A stretch of 64,000 nucleotides of DNA from an uncultured Alphaproteobacteria bacterium (GTDB lineage: Bacteria; Pseudomonadota; Alphaproteobacteria; RF32; CAG-239): contig CALXWE010000008.1 in the NCBI GenBank assembly GCA_944392295.1, positions 12,474 through 76,473 of the forward strand, read 5' to 3'. Shown one piece after another: positions 57,705 through 64,000 of this stretch. Both the position numbers and the translations under genes were made by a program. Under the pieces are notes generated by a model. The model did not search any database. It was not told the origin of the DNA and was given only the letters and a program-made list of their open reading frames with translations. Position 1 is the first letter of the stretch. Each line of letters starts with the position of its first letter.

Positions 57705-59510
57705 TCAATTATTATCAAGTCTAAAACTTTTTATTCCCAGCCCGACGCTGACAAAAGATGCTCCCGGAGTATCGGCCTTAAACTCTAAAAGCAGTTTGTT
57801 GTCATCGGTAAGCAGATTGCGATTAAAAGTTAAAGTTTTGGTTATGGGTTGTTTAACATCATACTTAAACGACCATGAAGCAATTTTTTGATTATTGGCA
57901 AAAACTTCAATATTACGCGCAAGGTTAGCCATAAATAAAATTTTAAATTGCATATTAAGCGTAATGGTATCGGCTGTAGTCTGCGGTAAAGTAAAAGATA
58001 AAGTATCAAGCCATAACAAATTAAATTCTTCATCGGAAAAAGAGGCATAAGTTTGTAACATCTCCGGCGTATCTAAAGATGTACCCCATTGCGGATAAGC
58101 ATTATAAAGCGGGGTGAAAGTTTTAACTATGGTGTTAAATTGTTCATAGACTTTTGATGCTTTATGCAGCTCATTATCGAGCTCGGGTCCCAACTTATCA
58201 AGCAAAGTCGGAGAGCTTTCAAATAAGGAGCGCCCGAGACCGAATTTTCCATCGGCAAAATCTACCCCGATAGCCTGTAATATACTGGGCGATAAATCAA
58301 GAGTTGTCCATCTATGGTCATATGCTGTAAGGTTTTTATTTTTAGGATTTAAAATCAAGTTCACTATCTGCCGATTTTTTTCATTTGGGTATAAATTGTT
58401 AAGACCGGTTTTTATATGATCTCCTACTATAACGACGGTAGTATTTTGGTAAAAACTTTGCGACATAATCCATTTAACAAAATCTACCACCATTTTATCG
58501 GCACAGCGAATAACATCTTTTTGGGGATTTTGTGTTGTTAGACACTGATTATCAACAAATAAATTCGGTCCATGATTATCTACGGTCAGCATAGAAAACA
58601 AGAAGGGCTGGTTATTTTTGGCAATTTCAGTGAGTCTGTTCTTTGCCAGACTATATAATATACTGTCTTTAAAGCCCCACTGGCTGCCGCGATTAATTTC
58701 GGGGTCAAGCCCGAACCGTGTTGCAAGCTCATCTTGTCCAACCAAATCTTTCATGCCGTGAGATGAAAAGAAAATGCCGGTACGGCTAAAATCAAGCGTT
58801 GCCCCTTTCATAAAATAGGTGTTATAACCATTTTGCTGCAACACTTGCGGCAAGCAAACCAGGGCCGGCATAAAATTGTTAAACATAGTATAGTTGGTGT
58901 TTTTAATACTTTTATAAGGTACGGCGCAATAGCTGGCAATCATACCGGCGAGGGTATAATCTTGATGTTGCAGCTGGTAAAAATCGTCAAAAGATAAGCC
59001 GTATTTACTAAGCTCAGTTAGACCGGGAAGTAAATTTTCACCTGATAAATTAGCATCGGCATAATTTTTTTCCATAGATTCCATATGAATGATGATTAAA
59101 TTTTGCTTATTTTCTGGAAAATGAAAAGAAATATCTTCAGGGTTAACATATTCTTGTTCATAGAGCTCGGAATATACGTGCTGATTTCTGATATATGATA
59201 CTAAATCAAGCTTAAAGGAGCAGTAAGCCAAGCACAATAAAGAAATAAGCAACAGCCAGCGATAATGCTTAATAACGCATTGCAACAAAAAACAAATAAC
59301 AATTGCCGGTAACAGGGTATATAAAATATATTCATGCATAATCTGTTTGGCGGCCAGATTGTTAGCCTCTACCATGTTGATTAAAATTTGCTCAATACTG
59401 ACGTTACCCCAAATCATATTAGTCCGTATAAGCATAAACAATGCAGCCACGGAAATAAATAAAACAGCAAATACGATTAAATCGGTTATGAAAATTTTTA
59501 ATTTTTGCAT
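57705..59510 (-). CDS. sulfatase-like (alkaline phosphatase superfamily) membrane protein of the LtaS / MdoB / phosphoethanolamine-transferase type
   Basis: About five N-terminal TM helices followed by an extracytoplasmic sulfatase-fold domain (TTVVIVGDH). Overlaps the UDG gene by 13 bp. Confidence 0.6.
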   Translation of the reverse strand: MQKLKIFITDLIVFAVLFISVAALFMLIRTNMIWGNVSIEQILINMVEANNLAAKQIMHEYILYTLLPAIVICFLLQCVIKHYRWLLLISLLCLAYCSFKLDLVSYIRNQHVYSELYEQEYVNPEDISFHFPENKQNLIIIHMESMEKNYADANLSGENLLPGLTELSKYGLSFDDFYQLQHQDYTLAGMIASYCAVPYKSIKNTNYTMFNNFMPALVCLPQVLQQNGYNTYFMKGATLDFSRTGIFFSSHGMKDLVGQDELATRFGLDPEINRGSQWGFKDSILYSLAKNRLTEIAKNNQPFLFSMLTVDNHGPNLFVDNQCLTTQNPQKDVIRCADKMVVDFVKWIMSQSFYQNTTVVIVGDHIKTGLNNLYPNEKNRQIVNLILNPKNKNLTAYDHRWTTLDLSPSILQAIGVDFADGKFGLGRSLFESSPTLLDKLGPELDNELHKASKVYEQFNTIVKTFTPLYNAYPQWGTSLDTPEMLQTYASFSDEEFNLLWLDTLSFTLPQTTADTITLNMQFKILFMANLARNIEVFANNQKIASWSFKYDVKQPITKTLTFNRNLLTDDNKLLLEFKADTPGASFVSVGLGIKSFRLDNN

Positions 59511-60151
59511 TGTTGTTCCAGTATTTTTTGCAAATCGGCAATAATTTTTTCAAACATTTCCTGAGTTAAAACTCCGGTATTAATATTGTATCTTGAGGTA
59601 TGATAAGAGTCGATAAGCAGCAGGTTGTGCTTTTTTAGATTATGTACGGCACCGTGAGCAAATTTAAATTCGGAGAGTTTGTAACCCAAAGTACGCAATA
59701 CCGCCTGATGTGATACGCTGCCCAGAGAGAGAATAATTTTTAAGTTAGGCATATCCGATATTTCGTTTAAGAGGAAGCGCCCGCAATTTTTAGCCTCATC
59801 GGTACATACTTTATTTTGCGGAGGCACGCAGCGTACGGCATTTGTAACTCGTACGTTAATAAGCTCAAAACCGTCATCTTTACGTTTTTGGTAAACCCCT
59901 TTGGCGAAGCCGAATTTTTTAAGCGTCGGGTACAAAACATCACCGGCATAATCGTTGGTAAAAGGTCGGTTAGTTTGGTTGGCGCCGTTAAGTCCGGGAG
60001 CCATACCGACAATTAAGACTTGAGCATCAAGGGAACCGAAAGGTTCGACCGGTCCGTTATAATAAGTCGGAAATTTAGCGATATTTTGCTCACGAAAAGC
60101 AAGCAACCGTGGGCACAAAGCGCAAGATTTATCAGGTGGTGTAAAACTCAT
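59498..60151 (-). CDS. uracil-DNA glycosylase superfamily protein (family 4/5-like, Fe-S cysteines)
   Basis: Start at internal ATG 60149..60151 (MSFTPPDKSCALCPRL) with GAGG RBS. Motif LIVGMAPGLNG...RPFT...AG resembles family 4/5 UDG motif A. Confidence 0.7.
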   Translation of the reverse strand: MSFTPPDKSCALCPRLLAFREQNIAKFPTYYNGPVEPFGSLDAQVLIVGMAPGLNGANQTNRPFTNDYAGDVLYPTLKKFGFAKGVYQKRKDDGFELINVRVTNAVRCVPPQNKVCTDEAKNCGRFLLNEISDMPNLKIILSLGSVSHQAVLRTLGYKLSEFKFAHGAVHNLKKHNLLLIDSYHTSRYNINTGVLTQEMFEKIIADLQKILEQQCKN

Positions 60152-60327
60152 AATTAACCTCATTATTAAAATTATTTTATAGATAGCACAAAAAAAATTA
60201 AGCTGCGACCATTTAAAATAATTTTTCACAGAATATATAACAAGCCAGAGGCGTCAAAGAGCGTCTTGAGGACTACTGATTAAATTAATTACTAAGTAAA
60301 AAACTATTTATAAATAGGAGTTTAGAA

Positions 60328-60897
60328 ATGAAAAAAACATTATTGTTGGCAGGCGTTGCCAGTGTTTTGGCTTTCAATGCCAATGCTTCTGAATATAACT
60401 GGAATTGGATGAAAGACTGGTCTCCGTATGTTGGAGCCGACTATGTATACTCAAAAGGTAAGTTCGGTGGCGAAGCTCGTCATATGAAAGACAGTAACAA
60501 TTCAGGTTCGGTTAACGTTGGTGTAAGAATGTATGACTATCTTGGCTTAGAAGCCTTCTACCAACAATCAGGTGAAAGAAAAGCTCATACTGACGCCGGT
60601 GCTTATAAAAATGAATTTCTGGCATACGGTGTTGATTTGTACGGATATATGCCGATTATGTGCAGCAATTTCAACGTATTGGGTTCTTTAGGTATGGCAA
60701 ATTATCGTGTAAGATTTAAATATCCTACCGATAAATCATTCCATCGTAATCGTATCGGCTACAGAGCCGGTATCGGTATGCAATGGGATTTCACCGAACA
60801 TATGGCAGTAAGAGTTATGGGCCGTTACAGCTACTTAGGTATGGCCGGTCTTGATAACTTACAAGAAGTTACCGTAGGTTTAAGATACACATTCTAG
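60328..60897 (+). CDS. outer-membrane beta-barrel protein (OmpA/OmpW-like small porin family)
   Basis: Signal peptide MKKTLLLAGVASVLAFNANA. Alternating amphipathic strands. C-terminal GLRYTF with terminal Phe. Confidence 0.7.
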   Translation: MKKTLLLAGVASVLAFNANASEYNWNWMKDWSPYVGADYVYSKGKFGGEARHMKDSNNSGSVNVGVRMYDYLGLEAFYQQSGERKAHTDAGAYKNEFLAYGVDLYGYMPIMCSNFNVLGSLGMANYRVRFKYPTDKSFHRNRIGYRAGIGMQWDFTEHMAVRVMGRYSYLGMAGLDNLQEVTVGLRYTF

Positions 60898-60912
60898 TCT
60901 GCAATGTCATTA

Positions 60913-60946
60913 ATAACAATGCCTCATTTACAAATGAGGCATTGTT
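60913..60946 (+). terminator. rho-independent terminator (AATAACAATGCCTCATTTACAAATGAGGCATTGTTATTTTTT)
   Basis: 13 bp perfect stem plus T-run 15 bp after the OMP gene stop. Confidence 0.8.
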
Positions 60947-61015
60947 ATTTTTTGTGTTTACAAAAAGCATAATATTTGTTAATCAGTAAATGTTTAACAT
61001 AATTGATGATTTATA

Positions 61016-62779
61016 ATGTTTGAAAAATTAAAGAATAAAATAAAAAGCACACATTTTGTAGAAAATTACGGGAGGATGCTGCCGTATGTTCGTCCTTACT
61101 TGTTTAGGGCGATTATTGCTGTTCTGATAACCATTCCGATAGGGGCGATGGATGCGGTAATAGCTTGGTCGTTAAAGCCGTATATGGATGTGGTTATGGT
61201 TGAAAAAAGCGCGGTTGCGACATGGTATATTCCGATTCTTATAATTATTTTCAGTTGTTTGCAAAGTGGTTTAAGTTATATGGCAACCTACCTTAATACT
61301 TGGGTTGGTCGAAAAATAGCCAATGACGTAAAACTTGACTTATTTGATAAATTAATGCACTACGATGCCGGATTTTTTGATAAAAAGACATCTGGAGATA
61401 TAATTTTTCGTTTTAACAATGATGTCGATTTAGCTTGCAATGGTTTGCTGTCGAATATGAAATTATTCACAACGCGTTTGTTTTCATCAATTTCTTTAAT
61501 TTTTGTTTTATTTTATAATTCATGGCAGTTAGCAATTATTGCAGTTATTGTATTGCTTGGAGCACTCTATCCGTTGACAACGGTTCGTCGCCGCATTAAT
61601 TCAATTATGAATCAGAGTGTTTTTTCGGGTTCGGCGGTGGTTACCCATTATAATGAGACCTTTAGCGGTAATCGAATTATTTCATCATATAATTTGTACG
61701 ACTACCAACATAATCGTTTTCAAGAGACATTAAAGTCGGTGTTTAAGCTGGGTATGAAAATGGTTCAGCGTACAGGCATTTTATCGCCGTTAATGCATTT
61801 TGTGGTTTCATTAGGTATTGCAGCCGTTATCTGGACGGGTAGTCATTTAATAGTTACTCATCAGATAACTTCGGGTAATTTTGTGTCTTTTATTGCAGCA
61901 TTGATTATGCTTTATAACCCGATAAAAAGTATTGGTAACAATTATAATAATGTACAAATGTCTTTTATGGCCATGGAAAGAGTTTTTGAGCTCATGGAAG
62001 GACTGCCCAAAATTCATGATAACGCGGGTGCCGTGGTTTTAAGATGTGTAAAGCAAGGCATAGAATATAAAGACGTAAGTTTTGAGTATATAAAAGGAAA
62101 GCCGGTATTAAAGCACGTTAATTTAGAGGCTAAGGTCGGACAAACCATAGCCCTGGTAGGTAATTCCGGCGGCGGTAAAACAACGTTGGTTAACTTATTG
62201 CCGCGCTTTTATGATGTTACGTCCGGGCAAATATTAATAGACGGTACCGATATCAGGCATTATACGTTACAATCGCTTCGAGATAACATTTCGGTGGTGT
62301 TTCAGGATAATTTTTTATTTTCGGGAACGATTCGCGAAAACATAATGCTGGGTAACGAAAATGCCACGGAAGAAGATGTTAAAAAAGCCGTAGAGGGGGC
62401 TTGCCTCAGCGAATTTGTAAACAGTTTGGATAAAGGGCTTGATACATATATAGGCGAGCGCGGTGTGTTATTGTCCGGCGGACAAAAGCAGCGCATTGCC
62501 ATTGCTCGCGCGTTTATAAAGAATGCTCCGATTGTTATATTAGACGAGGCAACCTCGGCGCTTGACAATAAATCGGAATTAATAGTTCAGCAAGCCATAG
62601 ACAATTTAATGGCAGACAGGACGGTCTTTGTAATTGCTCACCGATTGTCAACGGTACGCCATGCCGATAAAATCGTGGTTATCAATTATGGGCAAATCGT
62701 TGAAATGGGAACGCATGAAGAGCTTGTAAATAAAGATGACGGTGTTTATGCTTCGCTTTACAAGGCGCAACTTAAATAA
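61016..62779 (+). CDS. ABC exporter fused permease/ATPase (MsbA-like lipid/multidrug exporter)
   Basis: Six TM helices, then Walker A GNSGGGKTT, signature LSGGQKQR, Walker B ILDEATSALD. Confidence 0.85.
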   Translation: MFEKLKNKIKSTHFVENYGRMLPYVRPYLFRAIIAVLITIPIGAMDAVIAWSLKPYMDVVMVEKSAVATWYIPILIIIFSCLQSGLSYMATYLNTWVGRKIANDVKLDLFDKLMHYDAGFFDKKTSGDIIFRFNNDVDLACNGLLSNMKLFTTRLFSSISLIFVLFYNSWQLAIIAVIVLLGALYPLTTVRRRINSIMNQSVFSGSAVVTHYNETFSGNRIISSYNLYDYQHNRFQETLKSVFKLGMKMVQRTGILSPLMHFVVSLGIAAVIWTGSHLIVTHQITSGNFVSFIAALIMLYNPIKSIGNNYNNVQMSFMAMERVFELMEGLPKIHDNAGAVVLRCVKQGIEYKDVSFEYIKGKPVLKHVNLEAKVGQTIALVGNSGGGKTTLVNLLPRFYDVTSGQILIDGTDIRHYTLQSLRDNISVVFQDNFLFSGTIRENIMLGNENATEEDVKKAVEGACLSEFVNSLDKGLDTYIGERGVLLSGGQKQRIAIARAFIKNAPIVILDEATSALDNKSELIVQQAIDNLMADRTVFVIAHRLSTVRHADKIVVINYGQIVEMGTHEELVNKDDGVYASLYKAQLK

Positions 62780-62895
62780 GTAAGTTTCCTAAACTAAATC
62801 TTAACCATAATATATTTAAATACAACCCATATAAGCGAGTCTGTAAGATTCGCTCCGATGAAACAGATAATAAAATAATAACGGTAATAAAGAAA

Positions 62896-63225
62896 ATGAA
62901 CTGGTTATATGACATATTTTCAAAAGCAAAAAGTTCTTCGGGTTTTTTGTTTGTGGTTATTTTAACGTTTATCTATTTTAGCGTTTATGCGGTAAAAGGA
63001 GAACGCGGACTTATGAGGTATATATATTTAACCAGTGAAGTTTCGCAAGCCAAAGAAACAGCCGATAAATATGCCAAAGAAAAAACCGAATGGGAAGAAA
63101 AGGTTAAATTGTTGTCATCTGACAGTTTAGATTTGGATATGTTAGATGAACGGGCGCGTGTAGTGCTTAATATGGTCGGCGAAGATGAGTTCATAATTTT
63201 AGACAATGGAAACATCACAAAATAA
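62896..63225 (+). CDS. ftsB: cell division protein FtsB-like (septum formation initiator family)
   Basis: 109 aa. Single TM (FLFVVILTFIYFSVYAV) then a coiled-coil; same size and architecture as FtsB/DivIC. Confidence 0.6.
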   Translation: MNWLYDIFSKAKSSSGFLFVVILTFIYFSVYAVKGERGLMRYIYLTSEVSQAKETADKYAKEKTEWEEKVKLLSSDSLDLDMLDERARVVLNMVGEDEFIILDNGNITK

Positions 63226-63313
63226 AAAACTTTATTTTTAATAAAATGTTTGTTATATTAATGCGGTTCAAAATGTGTTGATTATTGTAACATATTGAAA
63301 CAATGAGATATTT

Positions 63314-64000
63314 ATGAGAAGGGAAATACGCAAAGTTAAAATAAAAAAGCCCTCAATGGCGCGTTACAGCAGCCGAAAGCCCTTATTTTCCAATAAGGAA
63401 ATAATCTTTCGCAGCGGTGGTCGAGCCAAGGTTTTTAATATATCATCCAAACTGCAGGTGTTTTTACTGGCATTGCTGGTAATAGTTGGTGCCTGGAGTG
63501 CATATTCTTATTATATGTACAATAAGTCTGACCAGATTATTTCATTTAAAGACCGAGAGCTTGATGAAACGCGAAACGCGTATGTTGATTTGATGACCGA
63601 TTTTGTTGCCATACATCGTAACATCAGTTCAATGTTTACGCTGATTGAAGATGAAAAACTGCAAGATGAGCTGAATGTAAATCGCTATAAGCAGCAAGCA
63701 CAAGTGGTTGAAGAAAAAATCAAACGCATAACCGATGCCACCGACTGGGTAGAAGAAGAAACGTTAGAAGAGAAGACTACCTTGCGAGATGCCCTCTTGC
63801 AGAGAGACAGAGCTGTTTCGGAGCGTAATGAGCTTTTAGCAAAAATTGAGGTTTTGGAAGATAGTTTGCAAAAACTTGAAGCTTCGGAAATGGAAATATT
63901 AAATCAGGTATCACGCCTTTCCGAAAAAGAAATGAATAAAATCAAAGATGCTATATCATCGGTTAATAAGTCGATGAAAAAGCAAAACAAATATTTTAAC
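63314..64000 (+). CDS. partial ORF (runs off the window end): membrane-anchored coiled-coil protein, possibly the N-terminus of an EnvC-like M23 peptidase activator
   Basis: ATG at 63314. TM helice VFLLALLVIVGAWSAY, then long heptad coiled-coil. No stop before 64000. Confidence 0.35.
   Translation, partial: MRREIRKVKIKKPSMARYSSRKPLFSNKEIIFRSGGRAKVFNISSKLQVFLLALLVIVGAWSAYSYYMYNKSDQIISFKDRELDETRNAYVDLMTDFVAIHRNISSMFTLIEDEKLQDELNVNRYKQQAQVVEEKIKRITDATDWVEEETLEEKTTLRDALLQRDRAVSERNELLAKIEVLEDSLQKLEASEMEILNQVSRLSEKEMNKIKDAISSVNKSMKKQNKYFN

Overview
The window is AT-rich (roughly mid-30s % GC) with dense bacterial coding. Gene content and order point to an alphaproteobacterium, possibly an obligate-intracellular Rickettsiales-like lineage; this is inference and cannot be confirmed without a database.

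Core genes:
- a YbhGFSR-like ABC-2 exporter operon (HlyD, two ATPases, two permeases)
- mltG and mscL
- a split atpHAGDC operon next to priA
- rpoB-rpoC without rplKAJL upstream
- tadA, an RluB-like pseudouridine synthase, rsmD
- uup (ABC-F), mutS, an orphan sensor histidine kinase, a MATE exporter
- dsbD, a CDP-alcohol phosphatidyltransferase, a sulfatase-like membrane enzyme, a UDG-family glycosylase
- an outer-membrane beta-barrel protein, an MsbA-like exporter, ftsB
- tRNA-Gly(CCC) on the minus strand

Accessory content:
1. A family of four paralogous type IV pilin-like genes (class III signal peptide GRSMVEMLGVLAIIGVL, cysteine-rich variable C-termini) is scattered around rpoBC. Each carries a near-identical ~85 bp upstream module containing a poly-T tract of 10, 11, 12 or 12 nt, which makes phase variation plausible.
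2. Two of these paralogs carry an identical 108 bp in-frame insertion with 15 bp terminal inverted repeats, resembling a Rickettsia-palindromic-element (RPE)-like miniature element.
3. A GC-rich (about 48%) foreign gene is bracketed by two near-identical 31 bp palindromic hairpins.
4. An intact IS200/IS605-family tnpA sits next to a GC-rich, N-terminally truncated HAD-IIA hydrolase fragment.
5. There is a partial duplication of the tRNA-Gly 3' end.

Other oddities: a GlmU lacking its acetyltransferase domain, MscL with a C-terminal zinc ribbon, tandemly duplicated ArsB/NhaD permeases, a large acidic orphan protein with a Q/N-rich tail, and 21 bp coding tandem repeats in a membrane-protein tail.

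No CRISPR array or rRNA was seen.
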